A DNA stretch of 63,828 nucleotides, the filler included, from Craspedostauros australis (Eukaryota): NCBI GenBank assembly GCA_030167865.1. It is 12 parts of 12 records of this genome, joined end to end, with 100 filler letters (N's around TTAATTAATTAA, not from the genome) between each part and the next. Parts side by side here need not be neighbours in the genome. Positions count along the whole stretch, not along the records: positions 3,757 to 32,297 come from JALAGF010001252.1; 11 more parts are not named here. One strand, written 5' to 3'. Position 1 is the stretch's first letter. Each line of letters starts with the position of its first letter. Under the pieces are notes generated by a model, which was not told the DNA's origin, did not search any database, and was given only the letters and a program-made list of their open reading frames with translations. Position numbers and translations under genes: made by a program. Below, piece by piece: positions 23,001 to 32,397 of this stretch.

Positions 23001-23839
23001 ACTGGACATGGACTTACCTGGGAGACTTCCAAGAATCCAGAATTGTATCCGCAGACAATGTGACGACCAGTCACTCCCTCCTTGAAGGCTGCCACGATGT
23101 GAGCCTGAGCAACTTCACAAACATCGACGAATCCCATGCCAAAGTTGGGTACGCCGGACGAAAATGTGCCATCTCCGAGCGACCTGATCATCCCAACCGA
23201 TTCGCTGCCGGCATGGTACTTCAATCCTGGACCCAGAATGTAGCTGGGGTTGATGGTGGCCATGGTCCATTGGTTCTGAGAACCAGCGATTTGCCAGGCG
23301 GCCATCTCGGCCATGGTCTTGCTGAATCCGTACGGCTGGTAGTCCAGGCTGTGGCCCATGTTGATGACATCTTCTGTGAGCACGCCGCCAGGTGCCTTGA
23401 GCGTGTCGCACGCATCGCCGAAGATGGCCGCGCACGAACTGGTGACGATGACACGTTTCACGGTTGGGGTCTTGGTGGCGGAATTGAGCACATTTTTCGT
23501 GCCCTCCATGGCTGGCTGCACCATGTCCTTGTATGGGTCTTCGACCTCAGACGTAATCGGAGATGCAGTGTGAAACACGACAGAGCATCCCTGCATGCCA
23601 TCCATGTACAAACCTTCCTGCATCAAATCATCAGGGAAGAACTTGATGGACCCTGGAGAGTTGTCAGCAGCGTCGATGAGATGCTTGAGACGATCGGTCT
23701 TGGAGGGATCACGGACGGCCCCATGGACGGTAACACCGAGGCCAAGAAGTTGCTCGATGAGCACACCGGCGACGTATCCCGACGCGCCGGTCACCAAGAC
23801 CGGGGATGTGGTGACGGCATTCCAACTTTGAGCAAGCAT
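14076..23839 (-). CDS. NAD(P)-dependent epimerase/dehydratase (extended SDR, DFR-like). Exon 1 23839-23018, exon 2 about 14327 (or 14315)-14076; the intron carries a retrotransposon
   Basis: VLVTGASGYVA, VFHTASP, YGFSK, INPSYILGP in exon 1. Donor CAG|gtaagt at 23017. C-terminal ...FDNTKSKEALGIKYRSLKETLKD in exon 2. Confidence 0.85.
14548..14563 (+). repeat. Left target-site duplication TGACACTGTGCTGTAC (right copy 22982-22997)
   Basis: Exact 16-bp direct repeat flanking the non-LTR element. Confidence 0.95.
14653..17268 (+). CDS. Retrotransposon ORF1 protein (871 aa, no recognisable domain)
   Basis: Intact ORF preceding ORF2. A diverged homolog lies at 43894-45524. Confidence 0.85.
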   Translation: MTSNEQPNTSNRDEMKDDDGPTLPPPTKEPDKPDDRGGADTSNQHRSRRQAKRAIPYDGGTEEDDPDEVSISYKPRSNTFKTAANKTGIDIEPFARATGDGSIDRAAKAAWRARAVWYNQDEATADRENPTIKQWEHFFRDLADGRVTSFGPMTLPNRDPTRLRLLQFVINVASTNPHKVFKVHLNSDGTVRTARAVKVWKAANRVLGSNYDLGAAPSADMDSCAGEMEGITIHENTGEPTGTAKTATNKAVAVMPVNTSTGSISTDSNSHSSRQPTKRTRFKSPRQTTDMPLISQHSASSSQSTGTASSNDTSTDSGVTRRGSRHKQATKPKPSKDDDSVSSDEESNTSQTKIAPPRHEHTTRFTIKLNVDRTEDDTTAAVRDRIKRWFRQVRRIDPSATILPWRESSNTGPHIAHSGQIPERMEELRTFFQGLRAPSGATGITYAKVRITTRDNPFDITADRNSELNPYYYNEHEGLYEAQLQDAEEVKEIGFLLYSGGFTDVDSTVEIINRSFRRTGSVIRVGGKFKNIIQVSDETREKYKDGKRHWTVQPWRAVKLEVERSQAYAAVEEVANLFNTREERPGATNFRFLPDKKYEQMSRKKSEFRDGLVAKHQAILSVIEYSDSDGVLHLDKKVKGKDSRSITLRKLILRETNDAGKRIFHSVDRARGTDDQIVAHSFPEYLEDAKHFMSLLPAISRHKVGPKAEKWFSPEVWIASLNIVYDPATNDYTSPDTHNLEDIADEEFPASVIITNIPDMMPTNHRPAALDNRSLFNPNSTVGTANRSIDSAYTAAPNATAGTEDGEGTHSPDQSPNNTANPESILRTGSNTRYNQTQSREAQLLAQVQALRRELGKPHCDPPPPNGGQSP
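17265..22910 (+). CDS. Retrotransposon ORF2: AP endonuclease, RT, RNase H, zinc knuckle (probable +1 frameshift at 22644-22648)
   Basis: ITEVGINW, IGGDVN, PIDGIW, DHR (APE); NDAKGCYDRI, QGLGSAP, YVDD, KYLG (RT); CSDAS, RAELTG, ACDN, VRGH, NVLAD (RNase H); CPRC...H...C. Confidence 0.93.
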   Translation: MIGSHQRAQFSPNTNEPNTPGNSSSDESNLQRQHLGQTSSRKANTQVRIATLNTGSLPIDASDPKNNDLWQAIRQHQIDILMITEVGINWSKVAAESNLAHRAERHLRMTKVATAHCHTDSDSPRQWGGTAVLAHGNIAGRILAKDTDPEKCGRWATILLQGRQGIKVRVVSVYVPTKSTLTPGTVYNQQAVRAAQRQSTLNPIDLLLQDLQTQIAQWRQAGETVVIGGDVNMDVRRSKISHMLQSEELREHHTDTIQPAYATMIRNQRQTPIDGIWTTCDIQPSQLGLTPYGSWDHRMVWMDISADQLFGPIKQPTTPFRGRRLQLSQPATVRRYTQTYEKQANSLQLLHRAQTLNASIGAGPVTASQSQELERLDDDRTQAILQAERKCRKIRAGAVPFSPIVSKLRWEHQFWTLSIKRRQGHQIKGRTIDKAKKKAQVNQLTRQMTTADMHRQRNASWKAYLQEKKQADTHRRSFLADDEAEVAKDGGDASRYRAQLLQREETKATYKRIKWSLQASGADAQVSMVIDDGPGGHNNLLTAGEEVARACCKTNIDKYSQAWRAEVCQRPLRRTLGRYGTSPAAKAILLGIVPSQIRSDTNDTLLSLRQPRQASAWPASHLHISQEDHSKGWARIKESASSGPSGIHFGCWKANAAVPALAAIDAIMREIPYRTGYSLNRWQQCVDIQLRKQPGNLAVTKTRTIGLMEGDFNMNNRLLGKQARSHAEANHTLAAEQYGSWKAHTAQEVLLNMVLIDDIARVTGAHYAVCSNDAKGCYDRIAHPVFSLALQRQGVPAGPIISTLSTLQTMTHRIRTSVGTSAASYSGKQRHQYLQGLVQGLGSAPTGWLLISSAIIDSMRARGYGLSIPDPITQEEHVITGTAYVDDTNIMQSLPAATPNEQARIFQAAVDHWDGLLSATGGALEPSKSFWQLMRFKWQRTRWVYDIKTPTTSICMNSPTGDRAQLSLSGPRTASKYLGMVSRRDGRQTEHAQYLLQKSVTWAARIRASRITRQDTEIAVKAVLWPSLQYSSPATTMSIEQWRKVMSTALTAALPAMGVTRTIAREYVFGHADAMGMGLQQLHTTQVVSHLEMVSKHFEQATETGRLMRTSLHHIELWTGLPGRLQQHEPTWKAWTCTGWWQDTFQSAAKLGIRMEDLSYQACLPRSGDETIMHTAIAAGLPRKTLALANVARIHLRALWLSDVATADGKQIRASVLQRRRLPPGPVSWPSVGGITKSAWEAWDTVLSTLVARDRPGWHLKTALGEWRKVPNNRVTQRSDGAIVLPNRQAALPQAHLAPTLVIDRTPSRTGMTITSSSPICSPSPPTTIRQWLRQKGPTAAAMLTNIQVHGDIHAIAASITSGACVACSDASAKDSKGSAAVVIQSSLDGGSHQIVAVAAVPQGSHMTDSNRAELTGVLMSIWVITSVAEWAGTRGSATIACDNNRALQAVNPSRWPEPRKHDFDLWSEVVRQLRLSPVQFSPQEVRGHADDSGAPITAWEAMNVLADDHAGQQWRRLYADQQQPTALTLPTSGWAFHAATGVITDLHYWTVATLIGGGGVKRKWCDRWGSASPAEVDWEPMKTVSRRWTGGKRRVILKLMTGTGASGKNMRRRQQEQSDACPRCGMPEDNSHVIMCPSPTSQAIWANAILKVRSIVRPPTTPPEVSQLVCTAIKRITTGGLPPSGIRQSPTSSIQLCQAKVGWTAMLWGGWSTEWRKTAPPVAPHRRRRTPKLLRDWQASVTDLMWHTALRQWQDRNDAKATQTSHDMVALLQAQLQLLRGITPSAVPAVLRPPVESPASRRPNPGCHSVGAIPPARPQPGSSPSSASPHQLDAQPAAPQPSTPAASCSPGRQPRQLSSPPFPCKTQITHFDPFPLCAHT

Positions 23840-24187
23840 GATTGTTGTTGGATGGACGGAGTTTCAGTGTTTTGTGTGTTTTGTTGGTGGGTTTTCCAAT
23901 TTGTGAGGAAAGAGAGTTGGCGACAGAATGATGCGAGTATGGGTGCGAAGCAGCGCAGAGCAATGGAAACGGGATGATGTATTAAGACGGATGTTTGCGC
24001 TTTCCTTTAATCCTTCCGCGTTGTTTCCATGATGCTGGCATGTTGCATTTTGCATTTTGCATGTTGTGGTTTGGATCCATGGGCATCACCAAGTTGTTTG
24101 GTTTGGCGCATCTCCCTCGCCACCATCTGCTACCATGATGTACCTAACGGAATGTGGTGATACAGATGATGATGTTGATGGTGTAAC

Positions 24188-27100
24188 CTAATTGGGATTA
24201 TGAGCTTTTCTGCTGTTGCTCTTGTCTTTGTTGATGTTCTTGTTGATGACAGCGGCTGACCCGTTCTCATCGGTCATCCTCTGTGTTGCTTGTGCTCTCG
24301 CGCTTTCTGTGCTCAGCGTGACATCTTCGACCTGTTTGATTCGATGTCCATTTTCGCTCACGCTCCAATACGCCCCTTCGAGGCATGTTTGGTGGGAACC
24401 TTCCATAGATGGCTTGATCCTGGCAAGGTTGCAATGGAGCATGCTTGTCATGGTTTGCGTAGGGCTCTCAGCGGCACCTGGACTCGTTGTGCCATCTTCA
24501 TCGTCATCTTCATCATGTGTATATGTATCCGGGGAAATGTGAGGGGGTCTTCTGAACAGGGACATACGGCGCAGCTGGATGAATGCTGTTTTCGCCACTG
24601 GTTTTGTGAGAATGTCTGCTTCATTCATGGCCGAGTCGATATGGTTGAATTGCAGTATCCCTGCTGCGATGGCTTCCCTGATTCTGTGATATGCAATACC
24701 GCAGTGTTTCTTCTTGAGAACACTGGATGGGATTGTGGTGTTCAACACAACGGATTTGTTGTCTCCGAACATTCGCGTCGCTCCGGCCAATGGGACTCCC
24801 ATCATGCGTAGCGCATTCCTCAGCTCAATGATGGTGTCCACAGCGATACGTGCAGCGACCAGTTCTGAACCGTAGGTCGAAGACTCCACTGTTCGCTGCC
24901 GTTTGCAGAAAGTTCGTATCACCATGCCGTTGATCTTGACGATTATCCCGGTGACAGATCTCCTGGTCACTAAATCGTGCGCATGATCAGCATCCACATA
25001 GACCGTCATGTGTGCAGCCTTGCCTTTCGGTGGTGGCATGGAACTTGGAAGTTCTTCAGCAGCATCAGGGTAGTACTCCTTCCATTGTTCTGACAGCTTG
25101 ATGGATGGCGTTGGTAGTGTTGGAGGGTTTGGGTCACACAAAAGTCGCCCCTGTTTGTGGCACTTCAGGTATCCAAACACACGTTCCATTGCCTTCAGAT
25201 GTCCCACTCGGGGAGACATGGAGAACCTTGCAAGAGCCATCACAGCATACTGAATATCGTATCGCCCAAGGGTGATAATCCAGTTTGCACAGCCAATCAA
25301 CGTCCTGTACTTGCTGCTCTCGATGCCAGACAATAATGCGCTCTTGTCTGCTTCGGGATGGTAGGATTCCGCCATGGGTGTTCCCCAACGACGCAGCTTC
25401 TTTGTCAGCACTCGTTCGATGCGCGTGCAAGCTCGCTTGATGTACGTCTTGGCTGATAAGGCAGTTTTGATTCCGTGTCTCTGCCATGAGTCGTCCAACA
25501 CCTCAACGTTGCCACCGAGGTAGTATTCTGGTGATCCTACGCCCTTCATGACGTATTGCTCCTTGAGTTGATTCAGTATCGCCATTGGATTCTTACTGAA
25601 CACGAGCACATCGTCGACGTAAGTAGCTATCATCTCGTAGTGGTTCTTCTTCGGTTTGATCCACAGGTCGGTATCGAAGTAGGATGGTCGGAACCCCAGC
25701 TTCCGGAATTGATCAGCAAGGTGTTCATGAAAACGTGCACTTGAGGTGCGTAATCCATACAGACCCTTGTGTATGATCAACGGAGTCCCTTCCAAGTCAC
25801 CAAATTCGCGTCCAGCGGTGATGTAGCATTTCTCCTTGGTGCGTGCATAAAGAAAAGCATTGCCCACGTCACCCGCACAGACAAGTAGTCCGTTCATCTC
25901 GGCGATGATGAATGCCAACCGAATGGAGTCGATAGCGACCACTCCAGAGTACACATCTTCGGTGCCTGGCTGTGTGTGGTTGCCGTTTGCGACAAGACGT
26001 GCTTTTCGGCGCAAGTCGAACTTGACATCGAAAATGATGTGATACGGGATGCGATGGTACTCTCGTAGATCATCGTCTGGGGTGACAGCCCGGAAGGTGC
26101 CATAGCTGTTGATCTGTCCAAGTTCCTTCCGTAGAGCTTGAAACCAGAGATCGTTCCCGTTTTGCTTGTCCAGGAATAACGCATGCCGAACACTGTTTGG
26201 TATCTGCACACCAAACTTGAACCTCGTGCCTCTCTTGCTCGTCTTCTTCTTCGTTGCGTTTGCAGCGAGAGTGTGATGATGTTCCTTGTTTTTCGTCATC
26301 AGTGGTTTGGTCCACCTGAAGAACGGATGATGCTGCAACTGCCTGACCCTCGCGTACTTTGCGATGATGAACGGATCGTCGAGTCGCACGTCGTCAAGTC
26401 GCTGCCATGACTTGTCACCGCTTGCCCACAACACTTTCAGCTTCATGTGCTCCTGGTTGGTGCCACGGAATAGGACCTTGTGACCCAGGATTGCTGAGAT
26501 TGTTTGCGACAGGTCCGTTCCATGTTGCGCGTCGTCTTGCAGGTCGCTGTCGTAGTCTGCTTGTTGCACGTAGTGGAAGTGTGCTTCGTCCTGTGTTGAC
26601 ATTTGGTCCGGGATGTTTCTTGGTTCGATCTCACTGCGTAAGAACCGTTGCGCATCGTCGTGCATACGCGGGCTGATTACGTCGGAGTCGGTCGCCCCTG
26701 AAGCATTCACTGGGGATGCGTGGTTGGTCATGGTGAATCCCTTGTTGCCTGCGGGCATGTCGATGAGAGTGTGCGTCGTCGAAAGCACTGCGCGTAGGGT
26801 TGCGTGGAGCATCTGCAATCCGAATGTGCGTTGCTTTGGTTTCCGCGGTCGGGTCGATCGTCTCAGTGGTGTTTCTGGTTGAGCTCCTTTCTGTTTCTTC
26901 TTCTTTGCCTTGCTCGACTGCTTCGGCACTCGGCTGGTACTGGGCGTCTTCGTGATCTCGGTAGCCGTTGGGTCCCCCCCTGAATCCTTCGAGCGTGGCA
27001 GCGCCCGGTCCGGAGGATTCGCGCTCAAGCCACGTGCAGGGCCTGCAGGGCTGGTGGCGGTTGACCGTCCAAGCACCTCACGATCGCCTGGCTGCGGACG

Positions 27101-30100
27101 TGGAACGGCAGCACCGGCAGTCGCCCCTTTCTTCTTGGCCACCCTCTTGATCGGCGCAGCACGTTCCTGTTGGGCACCTTGTTCCGTCCGCGGCAATCGA
27201 CGACTTGCTTTTGCCATCCGGGGCTTGTTGTCCGGTTTGCGATGATCCATGACGGCCTTGGAGATGGGCAATCGCTGCTGACTGAACCGAAAAGGCCTGT
27301 CGGGTTCTTGTTGCGGTCGTTCGGGGTCGAGCAGCCGATGGAAATCAAGCCGGCGGTTCACCTTGTCAATTCGAAAAGGACGCACAACGCTGCGAGTGAT
27401 CACTCTCTGCGTATCGTCGGTGAGCAAGTAATACGTCAAAGCGTCGCCAGTGGAGTGGGCCACCCCAAGCCAGTATCCAGGCTTCTCCTTTGGATCTGGG
27501 AACGACGTGTGCGGGTCGTAGTAATATACCTTCTCGTAGAACCGAAATGCTAGGAAAGCGGAGATATCGACGGTCTCACCATGTCTCATCGTTGTAGGAA
27601 TCTGGTAGCGAAGAGAGACGTCTGATGTGATGTTGTGAATATCCGCGACGTACTTTGCAGCGTGAAACCACGCTCTTGGTGGTGCTCCTGACCTGTCAAG
27701 GAGAACATGTGTATGGTATTTTAACCACTTCACTGCACGCAACTCTGCTGGATTCTGCTGCTGATTGTCTGGTTCGGTGTTTTCAGCAGCGATGTGCAAA
27801 TCACGCAGAATAGTTCGAACCTCGGCTCCTGTTTGCTCCCCTGCGTTATCCATCCTAAAGGCCCACGGGGCACCTTCTTCTCGGATGAAATCCTTGACGG
27901 CATGGATCACTTGCTCCTTGGAACGTAACCCATAGACATTGATGACATGGGACGAGAGCCCGAAGAAGACTTGCATGCAGGAGAAACCCTCACCGTATGA
28001 CTTGGCGTTGGAGAAGGCTGTGTCAATGGCCACGACTTCACGCAACCGTGGGTGTCTCATCCAAGAGAATCTGGACTTGAGATGCCGAATCATGGGCCAT
28101 CGAACAACTGCCTTGCATGATTGTGTCGTCCTTCGTATTGTTTCCTGTACAATGCGTGCCGTGCGCCAGCCAAGGTATGGTCGAATCTTTTCGATGTCAT
28201 CCACTCTGTTCTTGGCCTTCATTCGGAAGCCCACATCATGTTGGTCGTTGGCCTCTTGTTGCTTTGGATGGGGTATGTCGATGGCGGTGTCCTTGGCAAG
28301 AGTGTCCGATAGATCGTCATAGGCTGAGATGGTGGTTTGCATCTGCTTGTCAGTGGTGTTGTCCGCTGCCTTGGTGGATGCATCATGATTGGCTGGGGTT
28401 GTGTTCCATTGGGATCTGGATTCACGATTGTCATTGCTTTCCACCCAGATGCTCTCCACATTGGTCACCAACGCGTTGCCAGTGCCTTCAGCATGCTGGC
28501 TGCGATCGTTGTCGGTTTCCATCCACACGACGTCACTGTCGGACGGCTGATCCATGTCATCCACCATCAGGGAGAGATCTCCTCCATTGCGGAAACGTCG
28601 TGATGCGAAGGCTGCATACCCCATGGAATCGAATGTGAACGCACCATTCCTTCCAACCATTGTCTCATAGGACACGTTGTCCAGAAAATGTGTGACCGGA
28701 TCGGCATCGGCTGCCATTGTCATCTCTTGTTCGTTGCATTCGTAGACTCGTGTGTTATCATCTGGATAGCAGTCGTCGCTAATTCGGAGTCGGATGGCAC
28801 CATTGTCCTGATTAACGAATGGCAGTGTCCCTTTATCGTCGTACTCTTCGTCTCCGTCGTCATACTCACTGAACTCCTCATCCTCATACGTCTGTCCATT
28901 GCTGTCGTCGCTCTCGCTGCAGGGGATCGTTATCTTGTTCGCCATTGACTGGGAGTCCGTAGTTGGCGGGTCCATTCCTCGTCTTATCTCGTTGCTTCCT
29001 ACGGCTTGGAATGGTTGAATTGATGTTGCTTCGGTGTTGTGTCGTTGTGGGTTCCAACCGTCTGTAGCCGTGATGTTGACCACTTCCAGTATGTCTTCGT
29101 CTCCCGGTTCCGGTCTATGAAGGTCAAATGTCATCATCGCCTTCCTTATGACGAGTGGAATCTTTCCTTCTGTTGGTATGTACACGGCTTGTGTGCCGTA
29201 CCGATCTGGTGACTTGGACGCCAGGTGACGTTTGGGGATGGAATCTACGATGCATTCTCCTTCCCTCATTTGGTACTCTGATAGGAGTGTGACGGTCCCA
29301 TCTGGATTGTATGCCGCTTCATGGACTTGGATGATGACCCATCGGCCTGACTCCAGTTTGACCTTGGCGCGTGCGCTGACAACTCGCATGCCATTTTTCT
29401 GCATAGTGGATGGGACTGCTCCCACAATGTTGTAGGTTCTGTTGGTGTCACCTCTAATCACTTCCCACACCTTGTTGGCTCCGCCAAGGATGGCACATTG
29501 AGCTCCACTATCGCAGATGGCATAGGACTGTTTCACCTGTTGGTTTGCGTTGCAAGCAAACAGTTGTGCTGGTGAGACGATGGGGATCTCGATGGTGCTG
29601 TCGGACCTTCCTTCTGGTTGGGGGTCCCCTTCATCGATGGTGGCTCCAGCCATGTAGGTGTACGTCCTGTCGTTGTACATGTTGCCAATGTTGACGTACG
29701 TGTCGTCATCGGAATCGTCCTCGTCATCGTCAGATGATGTTTCACTGTACGATGCAATGGATTCTTCTTTTGAATCGGATTCGTATTCGTCGTCGCTGTT
29801 GGCGAATGTCGTCCGTGAAGCAACTCGTTGCTCTTCATTGTTGGGGTATTGCCGTGGAATGGCGGCTGCTGTGTCTTGAGCACCCTGGTAGTCTCCTTGG
29901 CGTTCCCTGGAGCGGCCTCGGCGAATGCGGCTTTTGAGGATTCGTATTGCTTTCTTCACATCCGGTGGCAGCTCGTTGAAGATACTGGACTCGATATAGG
30001 TCGGGTCCTTGTTCACCTTTCGGAGCTGTGTCTTTACTGCCAGCGACAGGGTGGTCGCATAATCCGACTGAAGCTGCATGGCTTCCGCCTGTGTTATCCC

Positions 30101-31885
30101 CCCCTCAAGCCGGGATCCGCTGCTGCCTGCACGGTTCGCGGTTGCCACGGTGGCTTGGTTGCCAAGGCGACGGTCTCGCGGTCGAGCCTTGCGGGCGTGG
30201 GACTTGTGGAGCACGTCCTCTGACGTCTGCGCCTCACATATCAAGTAGTTGCAGACGGCGTCGAAGTCGCCATCGTCATGCGTCTGCGCGCAGAGACGGA
30301 CCAACGAGATAAACTCATTGTTGCCAGTTTGCTTGATGAGGTCGTACAAGCGCATGGTTTTGGCCTCGTTGCGCATGCGATCGGCAGGCTCGGACAGCTC
30401 GTTGATCTTGTTGAGTGCTAGCCGCGCCTCCTGTACCATGTGTTCAAGCGAATGCTTGTGGTTTGCCATGGCTTGCATCTGTTGGTTGATCACACTGGCA
30501 CGTTGTCGCCTGCTCTTGGGGTTGTCGGCCATGGCCTTCAGCGTATCCCATAGTCTGATGCCGTCACCATCGGATGGACTGAGCGCGCATGCGAGCGGCG
30601 TGCCTGTGATGCATTGATGCAACATGGCGTACAGCAGCTTGACATCACTCCGGACGCGTTGTGTGCCGAAAGGCAGGAGGCCTTCATGTTCTGTTGAATG
30701 ATAACTTTCAACGGCCTTGATCTCGAATTGCTTGTAGAGCACGACGAACGTTGGATCCACCAGGTATGTCATACCGTACACCGTCAAGAATTGAACAAAG
30801 GAGTCTCGGAATGGCTCAAAACCGTCATCGGGGTTGTAGAAGAATCGAGACTGGATTGTGGTTGGGCGCTTGAGCTTCTCCGTTGACCGTTGGGATCGAC
30901 CAGAAGCAGATGCGGTACCGCTGGCGGACCTTTCTGCGGAGTCATATGCCAGTGAACGTGGTCGAATTGGCGGCGAAGGTGTGTCCCGGTCCTTCCTGCG
31001 TTGCTTGTTCTTGACGCGTCGCGTGACTTTCGCGTGCTCGGATGGTTGTGACGTGCTGAACGCGTCAGCTGGTGCATGCATATCGGGGATGGATGCACTC
31101 TTGCGATGCATGGCCTCTGCCACATCATCAAACCCTGGAGAACTGTGCGGTTCTGGCACCTCTACTGTCGCAGGCATTGTTGGGGCCATGCGCTCCGGTG
31201 GCTTGGCTATTCCCGCTCGTCGGCTGATGGATCGTGCGATGCGTTCTGCCATCATTTCTTCGTTTACGGTGGTCTTGAGGTCGTCGAACGTCTCGATGGT
31301 TCCTTGGACGAACTTGGAGTAGACGGCTGGTTGAATGGCGTCCATGCCATACCATGCCATGCAGTTCTCCGCATTTCTTGGCTGCTGTTTCCTGACAGCT
31401 TGGTGAAGCGCTGCTAGCTTCGGGTGTGGGTGTACTGACACGTAGTTGTCGAAGTCTTCAACATCCAGGATGTCTGCCTTGACGCAAAGGATGGATGCTC
31501 CGTCTGGAACCTCGGACAGGTTTTTGTGCACCTCAATGTATTCTGCGAATGACATGAGCAGTTCGAAGTCCGGTAACAGTGGAACGAGCATTACTGGTAC
31601 TCTGGTCGTCATCACCATGATGGAAGGGTCACGTCCACCAATGTGGCACATGTTCCCGAGGACCCTGCTGAGCTCCAAGCCTTTGTCAGCCTGCCTCTTG
31701 GTGTAGAATGTCATGCAATCGATGAACACTCTGCTAAAACCCATGCTTTCAGTCAGGAAGGTAATCGTCGTTGTTGTTTTATCTGGCGGTTCTTTGGGCA
31801 TCTGGAACCCAGACGCGGTGTTCACCCCAGTAGATTGCGACATCTTTCTCTCTCTCTTTTCTGTCCGCACTTCTGTTCTCTGCAT
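24188..31885 (-). mobile_element. Ty1/Copia (CoDi-like) gag-pol, single uninterrupted 2565-aa ORF with a chromodomain-like module
   Basis: ICDSGAQ protease; IDT/MDNA/AE integrase; DVGNAFL, KGLYGL, YVDD RT; YVDADHA...STYGSE...GDNKSV...ADILTK RNase H. Purine tract GAAGGGG at about 24379-24373. Confidence 0.93.
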
Positions 31886-32397
31886 ACGTGAAATCCCCCC
31901 TCAACTCGTGGTTGCCTTCCGGATTAGAATGCGCCCGTGCCCGTGCCTTCTCTCTCAAATCTCTGCGGCGGCGGCGTCGGCGGTCTCGTCGGTGTGGCAC
32001 AACGTAGTGAGCTCTCGAGGTCGTATCCCTTCATGGACCAGCCCTAAAGGATCTGTCAGAGCCATTATAAAGCCTCCGTGTTAAATTTCTACAGCTTTTC
32101 CCTACCATGTCCTACGCACAAAATCTAATTCTGTACTTGTCTCTAAACTGGATTTAGACTGTAATGGTCAGCTCATGATGAGAAGAAACAATCAAAGAGA
32201 TTGCGTGCAACGGAGAATGATCCACGAGTGATGAGCCACGGAGATCATCAGAGAAGCAATGTGCTGGCAGGCATTCATGGAGCTGTATGGACACGCANNN
32301 NNNNNNNNNNNNNNNNNNNNNNNNNNNNNNNNNNNNNNNNNTTAATTAATTAANNNNNNNNNNNNNNNNNNNNNNNNNNNNNNNNNNNNNNNNNNNN

